Below, piece after piece: positions 48,737-57,276 of a DNA stretch of 64,000 bases (positions within the stretch are counted from its first letter, which is position 1; the number at the start of each line of letters is the position of its first letter). The position numbers and the translations under genes are program-made. The stretch lies in contig JAYKJI010000366.1 of NCBI GenBank assembly GCA_035285405.1, positions 5,823 through 69,822 on the forward strand. Direction: 5' to 3'. Source of the DNA: Snowella sp. GTDB taxonomy: Bacteria; Cyanobacteriota; Cyanobacteriia; Cyanobacteriales; Microcystaceae. The notes beneath the pieces were generated by a model that saw only the letters and a program-made list of their open reading frames with translations, was not told the origin of the DNA and did no database searches.

Positions 48737-49612
48737 TTAGGGTTTAGCTGGGGAATTAGCCGGTGTAGGCGTGGGAGATTTTAAGATAGGCGAAGCAGAG
48801 GGATTCGGGTTAGCCCCTGGTGCTGGTGTAACGTTTGGAGGTGTCGGCGGTGAAGGAGATTGTAAAATACCTTTTTGCTCTAGGGTTTTAAAGCGGGTAA
48901 TCAACCCGATCGCCCCTTTCCGAATCAGTTCTGGCATTAATTCTTTATCGGGAGTATCACTTAACTCCGTTTGGATGGAATATTTTACCCCTCTAGGAAC
49001 CTGAATCAAAGAAGTTCCTTGGTCTTTTGTGGGATCATCTGTTTCAGAAGTTACTCCGTCCCCTGAAATGGGTAGAGCCGAGGCGGTGGCGGTTATTAAT
49101 TTTGTTTTATCTGCCTTGAGAAATTGAGAGTTTTGCAGCATCAACATAAAGTCGTTGAGAGCCGCATAGTTAGCCGCAAAACCACTGATGTTTAACTGTT
49201 TCCCTGTTTGTTGAATACTTCCCAATTGAACCCCTGCGGGAGTTTGATCGGTCAAATCTTGTAAAATAGCAGACCAGGGCTTAATTTGATCAAATACACC
49301 CGCTAATCCGGCAATATCGTCCTCAATGGTTTTGGTTTTTCCCTCTATTTCCAGAATTTTTTGATTCTGAGCTTTCAAACGGCTTAATTCCGCTTCTAGA
49401 GCTTGAATGTTTTGCTGGGTTTGATCCTTCTGCCAATACACCAATAAAATGGCTAAACCTGCCAGCAAAGGCAAGAGAGCCATAACACCGGCTCCGATGT
49501 AAATTGGTAACTGTTTTTCGAGTGAGGAACCCGCATCTTTTTGAGTCGTTAATACGCCTTTGTTAGAGTCAAGATTGCGATCTTTAAGAAAATTAACATC
49601 TAAACTATACAT
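48737..49612 (-). CDS. pilN: type IV pilus assembly protein PilN-like
   Basis: The N-terminus 'MYSLDVNFLKDR', a single TM helix and a coiled coil fit PilN. It follows pilM. Confidence 0.65.
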   Translation of the reverse strand: MYSLDVNFLKDRNLDSNKGVLTTQKDAGSSLEKQLPIYIGAGVMALLPLLAGLAILLVYWQKDQTQQNIQALEAELSRLKAQNQKILEIEGKTKTIEDDIAGLAGVFDQIKPWSAILQDLTDQTPAGVQLGSIQQTGKQLNISGFAANYAALNDFMLMLQNSQFLKADKTKLITATASALPISGDGVTSETDDPTKDQGTSLIQVPRGVKYSIQTELSDTPDKELMPELIRKGAIGLITRFKTLEQKGILQSPSPPTPPNVTPAPGANPNPSASPILKSPTPTPANSPAKP

Positions 49613-49658
49613 AGATCCTTACTGGGCAATAGTGGGGCAACAGAGACAATTCCAGGCA

Positions 49659-50771
49659 TTAGGCTTCCCTTAACCCTAAACCCAGCACGGTAGCTAGACT
49701 CGGACGTTCCACCGGTGGAATTTCCTGAGCACTATCAATATTTAAAGAGGTAAAGGGATCAATGTGCATACTGGGAATGCTCAAACGTTGGGTTAGATAC
49801 TCGTCTAGTTGTACCAGTCCACCACCGGGCCCGGCTAACAGCAATTGCACAACCTCTAAATCCTCAGCCTGATTGAGATAAAAATTAATAGACCGTCTTA
49901 GCTCATCTGTTAATTCTCCCATCACCCGCATTAAGGCTGTCATGCCAGGATTAACCGCAGTGCCCTGGGTACTTAGGGTATCAAATTGAGTGACGGGAAT
50001 GGTCATTCCTTGCAGAATTTCAGGGTTGCGAGAGGGGGGCAGATTCATTGCCCTGGACAAGGCATTTTGCATCTGGTAGGTACCAATGGGAACGGTACGC
50101 GAAAATTGGGGAACCCCATCTACAATAATGGCAATTTCTGTATTGTCAAACTCAATATCGACTAGAACAGCAGCTTCCTTTGAGCCAAATCGACGCAGTT
50201 CATCGCGAATGGTGCGAATAAGAGCAAAACTATTAATTTCTAAAATATCCACTTCTAGACCCGCTTGTTGAAAAGTATCTAAATAGGAGTCTGTTACTTC
50301 TCGTCGGGTGGCGACTAACAAAACTTGAACTTTTTCAATACCATCATCATCTTCAAAAAAACCGAGTTTTTGGTAATCTAGATCCACTTCTTCACGGGGA
50401 TAGGGTAAATACAGAGCCGCTTCGTGATTGAGTACCATATCTCGTAGTTCTTGCTCATCTAGTTCGGCTGGCACTGGGATGATCCGAATAATGGCTTCTC
50501 GCATGGGGACGGCGGTGGCGATCTTTTTAGCGGTTATTTTATTCTCCTTGAACATCTCCTGAATAATCTCTGCGAGGGTAGGGGAGTCAATAATTTTGCC
50601 TTCCTCAAAAATGCCTTCCGGTAGAGAAGTAAAACAGTACTTGTTGAGTTTGTAATTTTGACCTTGTTTTGCTAGTTGAATTAAATTCAGTCGTTCAGGC
50701 GTAATTTCTAGCCCTACCCCTTGAGACCCTCTGCCGAATGAACTCAATACAGTTTTAAGACGACTGAACAT
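49659..50771 (-). CDS. pilM: type IV pilus assembly ATPase-fold protein PilM
   Basis: 370-aa actin-like fold. 'GLEITPERLNLIQL' and 'LLAGPGGGL' are present. It is the first gene of the cluster. Confidence 0.85.
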   Translation of the reverse strand: MFSRLKTVLSSFGRGSQGVGLEITPERLNLIQLAKQGQNYKLNKYCFTSLPEGIFEEGKIIDSPTLAEIIQEMFKENKITAKKIATAVPMREAIIRIIPVPAELDEQELRDMVLNHEAALYLPYPREEVDLDYQKLGFFEDDDGIEKVQVLLVATRREVTDSYLDTFQQAGLEVDILEINSFALIRTIRDELRRFGSKEAAVLVDIEFDNTEIAIIVDGVPQFSRTVPIGTYQMQNALSRAMNLPPSRNPEILQGMTIPVTQFDTLSTQGTAVNPGMTALMRVMGELTDELRRSINFYLNQAEDLEVVQLLLAGPGGGLVQLDEYLTQRLSIPSMHIDPFTSLNIDSAQEIPPVERPSLATVLGLGLREA

Positions 50772-51058
50772 ATTTCCTCATACCAACGAAAACTAGTGAC
50801 AATAGCAAGAATCAAGGCGAGAAGGCATTCTAAACCTATCCTATCTAATCCCGGTATTCTGTCAAGCAAAGATTACAAATTTTGAACTTTTGGTAACTTT
50901 TGATTTTTTTTGATTCTTTTAAGCTTGTGATCTGAAAAACCGTCCTATCCTTAAAACTAGTAAACGATTAACCATTGATTGCGATCGCGCTATCTCTTTG
51001 CTTGGCGATCGCCGTATAAAGCCGCCTAAAACTGAATCGGAATGAGGTTAAAGTCGTG

Positions 51059-51748
51059 ATGACGAACTGTGAATACTATTATCAGGTATTGGGATTAGAA
51101 GTGGGAGCTTCTTTGGAAGAGGTTAACCAGGCCTATCGTGATCTGGCGTTTATCTGGCATCCCGATCGCCTACCGATGGATAATCCTCGTTTACAGGAAA
51201 AAGCCGCCATTAAACTGAAGGAAATTAACCAAGCGCGCGATCAATTACGACTGCTTAACTGTTCTACCCTGCCTCCAACCCCAAAGGTCTCGACTACCCC
51301 GAACAGCGATCGTCGCCCACCTCAAACCGTCACCCATCGAGGACCCACCCATCCCCCACGGGAATCCCATAAACGTCCCTACTATCGAGATTTGACTGGG
51401 GCAGATCTGCGGGGGGCCAATCTCAAAGAAAAGGATCTGTCTGGGCGAAAACTGATTCAAGCCGATCTCAGCCATGCTGACCTCAGTGATGCCTTTCTTC
51501 ATCAAATCAACCTAGAACATGCCAACCTGTTTCAGGCCAATTTATTTAGAGCCAATTTACTAGAAGCGAATCTCCGCTTTGCTAACTTACAGGAAGCCAA
51601 CTTGATTGGGGCTGATCTCAGTGGCGCAGATTTAAGTCAGGCCAATCTTCGGGGCGCGAAAATTCTCGTTGGCAAACGGATGATGGTCAAGCTAACGGGT
51701 GTAATTTTGACAGGAGCAATCTTGCCCGATGGCACAATTCATCATTGA
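51059..51748 (+). CDS. DnaJ (J-domain) protein with C-terminal pentapeptide repeats
   Basis: The J domain is 'YYQVLGLEVGASLEEVNQAYRDLAFIWHPDR'. It is followed by A(D/N)LxX repeats ('ADLSHADLSDAFLHQINLEHANLFQANLFRANL'). Confidence 0.8.
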   Translation: MTNCEYYYQVLGLEVGASLEEVNQAYRDLAFIWHPDRLPMDNPRLQEKAAIKLKEINQARDQLRLLNCSTLPPTPKVSTTPNSDRRPPQTVTHRGPTHPPRESHKRPYYRDLTGADLRGANLKEKDLSGRKLIQADLSHADLSDAFLHQINLEHANLFQANLFRANLLEANLRFANLQEANLIGADLSGADLSQANLRGAKILVGKRMMVKLTGVILTGAILPDGTIHH

Positions 51749-51761
51749 AGAAATCCACCAA

Positions 51762-52346
51762 TTATGTCAATTCTGATTCAAAAGAAACTTTGTCATAAAT
51801 ATCTGCCAAGCTGATTTCAAAGGGGATAGTACTTAATTTTAGAAGGGTATCTTCCCCCTCTAACTCTGAAAAAATCCATTGATGGGACTCAATTTTATAA
51901 TACTGTTCAATATGTATGGAATATTGATCAATTAATAAGTATTCTTGAAACCCCATAATAGTACGATAAAACTTAAATTTTTCACCTTGATCATAGCTCT
52001 GGGTTGATTTCGATAAAACCTCAACAATGACCAAAGGATTGGTTATTGTATCTTTTCTGCCGGTCTGTAACTCTATTTGACCTTGTACCACCATGATATC
52101 AGGATAAGTGTAAATCCGTCGTTGTGGTATCCAAAGTCGCTGATCGGTGACAAAAACCCAATAAGGTTGACGTTTAAGGGCAAAATTTAAGGCCGCAGAA
52201 ATGTTGCCAATGATTAGATTGTGATTGAGCATTCCTACGGTCATGGGAATAATTTCTCCATTAATATACTCGTTGCGTTCCTGGGACTGAATCTCAAGTT
52301 CCAAGTATTTTTCGGGCGTGTAATAGTCGTATTCTTTGGCTTGCAT
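51762..52346 (-). CDS. Uma2 family endonuclease
   Basis: 'YPDIMVV' and 'LVIVEVLSKSTQSYDQGEKFKFYRTIMGFQEYLLIDQ' are present. Confidence 0.8.
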   Translation of the reverse strand: MQAKEYDYYTPEKYLELEIQSQERNEYINGEIIPMTVGMLNHNLIIGNISAALNFALKRQPYWVFVTDQRLWIPQRRIYTYPDIMVVQGQIELQTGRKDTITNPLVIVEVLSKSTQSYDQGEKFKFYRTIMGFQEYLLIDQYSIHIEQYYKIESHQWIFSELEGEDTLLKLSTIPFEISLADIYDKVSFESELT

Positions 52347-52374
52347 TGTTATTTTGAGTCAAAGTGTTGATTAA

Positions 52375-53760
52375 TTACAAAGTCGGTTCAGGAGGAAAGT
52401 TATCCTGCGGTAAATTGGGCTGGGAATTGGGGCTTAAAGGGGAGGGTTGGTTAGGAGAATTGGCCGGAGTCGAGGGAACTGGAATAAACTTTTGCGATAA
52501 ACTTCGAGGTGCGGGAGTCGCAAAAAGAGATTGAAAAACAGCTTGACGTTGATTAGCCGGTTCGGGAGCCACATCCCAGAGAGTGGTGTAATAAAAGAAA
52601 GCTACACCCAAACCATTTGCCTCTGCTGCTTTGACTTTTTCTGTTACTAAAGGCATGGCAATTTGTTTTCGTTTCAATCCTGTTAAAATACCCACTGCTG
52701 TCGGTACCTTAGTTTTGGCTTCTTGCATTTCAGGACGTTGAATTGGTTCGATAAAACTGGCTAGATTTGTTCGATAAACTTGTACAATCAATTCATCTAC
52801 TAATCCCTTCCGAATCCAAGCCAACCAATCTTGCAAATAAGTATTATAGGATAAACCATAGATAGCAGGTGAAAGGGAAAATAAAATATTCGGTTTAGCG
52901 GTTTTAATAGCTTTATTTAACTGTGCCACAAAGGCAGTAATTTTATTAGCTCGCCAACGCATCCAATTAGCATCTTTCGGATTAGAAGGGGGAGCTTTTT
53001 TGGTTTCCTGTTGATAGAGAGCAATGGTATAGGGATCATAGCCAAATTCGTAGGGAAGAGCTAAATGATCATCAAATTGGATGCCATCAATGTCATATTG
53101 AGTGACAACTTCTAGCACCAAATCAGTGATGAATTTCTGTACTTGGGGATGGAATGGGTTGAGCCAGACCACTTCTCCGGCTGCCCCAATCGAGGTTTTG
53201 CTACCATCTTGACGTTGTGTTACCCATTGGGGATGATTACTGACTAGTTCAGACATGGGAGGAGCCATAAAACCGAATTCAAACCAAGGCAGAACTAAGA
53301 GTCCTTGTTGATGGGCACGAGTAATTAAATCCGCTAAAACATCCTGACCTTGATAACCTCTGGGATCAAAGGGTTGAATACCTTCCCGTTGGCCAATGGG
53401 GCTATTGTAGAGAACGTAACCCGAATTCCAGACCACTGGATAGAGCGTATTAAAATTGAGTTTTGCTAGGAGATTAACCGATTCCTGGGTTTTATTTTGA
53501 TCCATGAAATGGGTTGTATCGTTGTTGGTAATCCAAACGCCTCGGATTTCTGGATAGGTGGCTGGAGCCGTTGTGGGAGTTGTGGTGGGAACCCCGATTG
53601 GAGCCGTCGTGGGAGGCGGTATGATCAAGATTTCTTGAGACCAAAGCGGCGATCGCTGTCCCCAGAGACTAACCAGTAAACAGGTCAGACAAAAGAGAAG
53701 CACCATTGGCTTTCTCATGTATTGGAGTAGGGCTTGGAGTAAAGGCATTATTGGGAGCAT
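52375..53760 (-). CDS. glycoside-hydrolase-like protein (GHL10/DUF187 family), secreted
   Basis: 'IRGVWITNNDT', 'LLVLPWFEFGF' and 'IDGIQFDDH' are present. A Pro-rich C-terminal tail follows. The start is ambiguous among several N-terminal Mets. Confidence 0.6.
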   Translation of the reverse strand: MLPIMPLLQALLQYMRKPMVLLFCLTCLLVSLWGQRSPLWSQEILIIPPPTTAPIGVPTTTPTTAPATYPEIRGVWITNNDTTHFMDQNKTQESVNLLAKLNFNTLYPVVWNSGYVLYNSPIGQREGIQPFDPRGYQGQDVLADLITRAHQQGLLVLPWFEFGFMAPPMSELVSNHPQWVTQRQDGSKTSIGAAGEVVWLNPFHPQVQKFITDLVLEVVTQYDIDGIQFDDHLALPYEFGYDPYTIALYQQETKKAPPSNPKDANWMRWRANKITAFVAQLNKAIKTAKPNILFSLSPAIYGLSYNTYLQDWLAWIRKGLVDELIVQVYRTNLASFIEPIQRPEMQEAKTKVPTAVGILTGLKRKQIAMPLVTEKVKAAEANGLGVAFFYYTTLWDVAPEPANQRQAVFQSLFATPAPRSLSQKFIPVPSTPANSPNQPSPLSPNSQPNLPQDNFPPEPTL

Positions 53761-53905
53761 ATGGTACAGAGATTATAGCAAATCCTTGAATTTCCATAGC
53801 TTTGACTCTTTTAGAAGTTACGCATTGACAAAAGCCTCTGCTTGCAGGGTAGTACAGCTTGGTGGTCTAGATTACATTTTTGTCTAAGTTTCAGCGATGT
53901 TTTCC

Positions 53906-54147
53906 GTCATTAGACCTGTTCCAATACATTTTGCTGTATGGCCCAAAGCAAGGTTAACTATCGCTTGAAAGTCTTCAAAATTTTGGTAAGGCATTATCGA
54001 AATCGTTATCGTCGTTAGGGACTGCACTGCAATGTGCTGGCTGCCATCTACCACTACGAGCTAAAGCTGATGGCGGCTGCATAGATAACGCTGTTTTGCC
54101 AAACCCTTGTCATAGCATGAATTCTCATTTGCAAGAGGTCTAATGAC
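53906..54147. mobile_element. MITE-like non-coding element bounded by terminal inverted repeats
   Basis: gtcattagacct (53906-53917) is the exact reverse complement of aggtctaatgac (54136-54147). The inverted repeat extends imperfectly inward (15/17). There is no ORF inside. It lies in the largest intergenic gap of the window. Confidence 0.4.
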
Positions 54148-54448
54148 AAAAACTGAGAATTCTGACAACAAAAGACGAAGTTATATGAAGAACCTTAAAG
54201 AAAAAGCTTGTAACGGTTACAATGGTCAGGGCTTGTTGACATAAAAGACTGAATGTTCCCCTTTGTATCTAATTTCAAGACCATTCAGAAAATCCCAAGT
54301 TAACATTTGTTGATAGAAAAAATAAATTATTCTTGTTATTAATAAAAATTCTTGGACTATAATAGTGCCAGAAGAGAAAAAACTTCGGAAGTGGTAATTG
54401 CCGCCCTGCTTCCCCTCCCTAGCTGGAGACCTTAGCGGCTTAAATAAT

Positions 54449-54718
54449 ATGGATACCAAATTCTTTGAAGAGTATCAAGCCCAACTGTTAGATTGGCAGA
54501 AAAAGTTTTTTAGTACTTGGATGGAAGGCTTTCCCAAGGGAGTAACCGAAATCAAGTTAACAGATACCTTTGAAACCAGTGTAAAACTACAGGAAGAGAT
54601 GGTTAAAAGCTATCTTGAAGCCCAGGAAAAATCGGCAACCATGATGTTGGAAGCCCAAAAACAATTCTGGGATAACTATTTTGAAACCATTCGTAAACAA
54701 CCTGTCACCGTCAACTAG
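54449..54718 (+). CDS. small helical protein, possibly phasin-like (unverified)
   Basis: The ATG at 54449 gives an 89-aa protein, MDTKFFEEYQAQLLDWQKKFF...QKQFWDNYFETIRKQ. Its amphipathic-helix character resembles a cyanobacterial phasin from memory only. Confidence 0.45.
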   Translation: MDTKFFEEYQAQLLDWQKKFFSTWMEGFPKGVTEIKLTDTFETSVKLQEEMVKSYLEAQEKSATMMLEAQKQFWDNYFETIRKQPVTVN

Positions 54719-54784
54719 ATTGATTCCCTTCCTTTTTCCCTCCCATCTTTGGGGTTTGCCTGATTCCTCAAGAGTTCTTCCCTG

Positions 54785-55798
54785 TTAGAGACTACTCTTG
54801 GGGCTTTTTGTCTGAACATAACCCGCTTCTCTAAACCAATTGACCGCATCCTGAAGAGCCATTTTAATTGGGGATTGAGGCAGGCCCAGTTGTTCAACGG
54901 CCTTCGTTGCATCATAGTACATTGTCTGGGCTGACATCCGCACACCATCCAGGGGAACAGAAGGGTTTTTACCTAGGGGAGCTAGGATTTGCTCGTCAAT
55001 CCAGGCCACGGTTAGGGGTAACCAAAGGGGAACCGTTTGTTGAGGGGCTGGTATGCCGGTAATTTCAGCCAATTGTTCCAAAATCATTTTTAAACTGAGG
55101 TTTTGATGACCCAGAATATAGCGATCGCCGCTTTTCCCCTTTTGCCAGGCTAAGAGATGACCTTGGGCCACATCCCGTACATCAATTAAATTCAGACCCG
55201 TATCCACATAGGCGGGCATTTGACGACGTAGAAAGCGCAGAATAATTTCTCCGGTTGGGGTCGGTTTAATATCCCAGGGGCCAATGGGAGTACTAGGATT
55301 AACGATAATGATCGGTTGGCCCTGTTGAGCCGCTTGTACAGCCTCCTGTTCAGCCCAATATTTAGATTGTTTGTAGGCTCCAATCAGATTTTTGACCGGA
55401 CTTTGATAGCTTTCATCGGTGAGTTGACCATCCTGGCGAACGCCGATCGCGGCCACGGAACTGGTATAAACAGTGCGCTCAATGCCAGCTTTCCGGGCAG
55501 CGGCCAGAATATTACGGGTGCCGAGGACATTACTCTGGTAAAGCTGATCTCGATCTTTTTGCCAAAGGGAATAGTGGGCCGCTACATGAAAAAGACCATC
55601 ACAACCTCGCATTTTTGGGGCTAAATCAGGATCATTCAAATCACCAGCTACCCGTTCAATGGCCAGATTTTTCAGATTATCCGCCGGATTCTGAGGACGA
55701 ATGAGGGCCCGAACTTGATGACCCTCTGCTAATAATAGACGAATGAGATTGGCTCCCACAAAACCTGTGCCGCCGGTCACAAAAAAGCGTTGTCCCAT
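54785..55798 (-). CDS. NAD-dependent epimerase/dehydratase (dihydroflavonol-4-reductase / HpnA-like extended SDR)
   Basis: The ATG at 55798 gives 'MGQRFFVTGGTGFVGANL'. 'YKQSKYWAE' is the YxxxK motif. Confidence 0.8.
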   Translation of the reverse strand: MGQRFFVTGGTGFVGANLIRLLLAEGHQVRALIRPQNPADNLKNLAIERVAGDLNDPDLAPKMRGCDGLFHVAAHYSLWQKDRDQLYQSNVLGTRNILAAARKAGIERTVYTSSVAAIGVRQDGQLTDESYQSPVKNLIGAYKQSKYWAEQEAVQAAQQGQPIIIVNPSTPIGPWDIKPTPTGEIILRFLRRQMPAYVDTGLNLIDVRDVAQGHLLAWQKGKSGDRYILGHQNLSLKMILEQLAEITGIPAPQQTVPLWLPLTVAWIDEQILAPLGKNPSVPLDGVRMSAQTMYYDATKAVEQLGLPQSPIKMALQDAVNWFREAGYVQTKSPKSSL

Positions 55799-55906
55799 AA
55801 TTAAATTCTTTCTTAATGTGTTCTGAATATCGTAGGTTTTATTATCAATCTGCGATCGCTTTAACAAATTTTACTCTTTCTTTTGTTAACCGAATCAGAT
55901 AGAGCG

Positions 55907-55960
55907 GCGATCGCCTAATGTTGGGCGAGGGAATACCAATGGTTAAATTTCAGGCGAAAG
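55907..55960. repeat. dispersed ~54-nt intergenic repeat, copy B
   Basis: Identical at 41/54 positions (ungapped hand alignment) to 57142-57195. It begins with HIP1-containing GCGATCGCC and has the conserved core GAGGGAA...GGTTA.ATTT. Confidence 0.5.
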
Positions 55961-56032
55961 ACCATCATTATCGAATTCTATTACTCTGCATACCAGCAAT
56001 TCCAAATTCAAAATTTGATAGCTCTGAAAGCC

Positions 56033-56332
56033 TTACACCAAGAGGACTTTACAATTCTTGATAATTTGCTTGATCGCTGAAACGACGCAAAATCGTTCTG
56101 AATTTATTTTTGCTGCTCTGCATACTTTTCCATTGCAAGTTTTACAAGTTCCTTGCAGAATCAAACTATTTCCCTCTTTTGTCGCCGATATGATAGAGAG
56201 ATAAACAGCCTGACAACAATGGCTACACCACACATTTCCTAAAATCTTATGCTGTGCTGAGATGGGGATTTGACTCCAAATGTTTGACGCTGCAGTTGTA
56301 AATTTAGGGTTAGATAAGTTTTGGGTGGTCAT
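56033..56332 (-). CDS. hypothetical Cys-rich (zinc-ribbon-like) protein
   Basis: 99-aa ORF with 'CSHCC' and 'CKTCNGKVC' pairs. No family recognised and coding status is uncertain. Confidence 0.3.
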   Translation of the reverse strand: MTTQNLSNPKFTTAASNIWSQIPISAQHKILGNVWCSHCCQAVYLSIISATKEGNSLILQGTCKTCNGKVCRAAKINSERFCVVSAIKQIIKNCKVLLV

Positions 56333-56539
56333 TGGTAGAAGTTAAAAAGTAAGGAATCACAATTTTAAAGTAATGCTAATCGTGATCTTGTATTGTTTTC
56401 TAAGCTAGATTTTTGTTCTTCACCCCAAATACGGTTAAGTGAGGGAGTCTTTACTGATTAGCGAAAAAGATGATCCTATAGATTTTGTTCTAATTCTTGT
56501 TCAGATTGAGTCATGATTTAACTTAATCTGATTGCAAAA

Positions 56540-57115
56540 TTATTCTAATGTCAGTACAAGACCCCGATAGACTTGCTCAATCGCAAAGCTAAGATTAATA
56601 CTTTTGAGTTCGATGGTATCTCCTGCTTGATAGTTAATGATAATCCATTCATTGTTATCTTTTCGATGATATAAGTCTATTTCGATGCTGGTTGAACTGA
56701 CTAATAAATAATCTTGTAAGTTGGGATTATTGCGATACATTCTAAATTTGCCACCGCGATCGTAGGCTTCAGTGCTGGGGGATAGAACTTCGACAATTAA
56801 GCAGGGATAGGTAATATATTGGGTTGTAGTTTTATCGCGATCGTCACAGGTGACGCTAACATCGGGGTAGGTATAGTTATTGGTTCCAGCAATATTAACT
56901 CTTAGGTCTGAGTTACCTGTTTCGCAGCCACTTGTTTCTAGATGATTAGAAAATAAGGTAATAAATCTGACAGAGATTAAGCTATGGTTTTTACTGCCAC
57001 CGCTCATCGCATAAACTTCACCATTAATATATTCGTGTTTTTCTAGTTGTTGTTCTTCCCAGCCAAAATATTCTGCTGGGGTAAGTTGGGGAAAGTTTTC
57101 TTTGGCTGCGGTCAT
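56540..57115 (-). CDS. Uma2 family endonuclease
   Basis: 'YPDVSVTCD' and 'CLIVEVLSPSTEAYDRGGKFRMYRNNPNLQDYLLV' are present. The likely start is the ATG at 57115 (MTAAKENF). Confidence 0.8.
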   Translation of the reverse strand: MTAAKENFPQLTPAEYFGWEEQQLEKHEYINGEVYAMSGGSKNHSLISVRFITLFSNHLETSGCETGNSDLRVNIAGTNNYTYPDVSVTCDDRDKTTTQYITYPCLIVEVLSPSTEAYDRGGKFRMYRNNPNLQDYLLVSSTSIEIDLYHRKDNNEWIIINYQAGDTIELKSINLSFAIEQVYRGLVLTLE

Positions 57116-57141
57116 TGTTAATTTACTCCGTAACATTTATA

Positions 57142-57195
57142 GCGATCGCCCGATGTGGCGTGAGGGAACATCAACGGTTAGATTTATGGCTAAGG
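57142..57195. repeat. dispersed ~54-nt intergenic repeat, copy A
   Basis: See copy B. This copy lies between the hsdR stop and the Uma2 start. Confidence 0.5.
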
Positions 57196-57276
57196 AATGT
57201 CACGAAAAACTGCTGATGTGGTGACTGAGTTTTTGGGAATTTTTACTAGGGTTTAAGTAGGCGATCGCCGACTAAA

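Noticed and set aside
54226-54948. Minus-strand ORFs 54226-54459 and 54715-54948 flanking or overlapping the small helical-protein gene and the SDR gene.
   Set aside because: Their translations are low-complexity or odd in composition. The second is an alternative frame of the SDR gene's 3' end. Neither has independent support.
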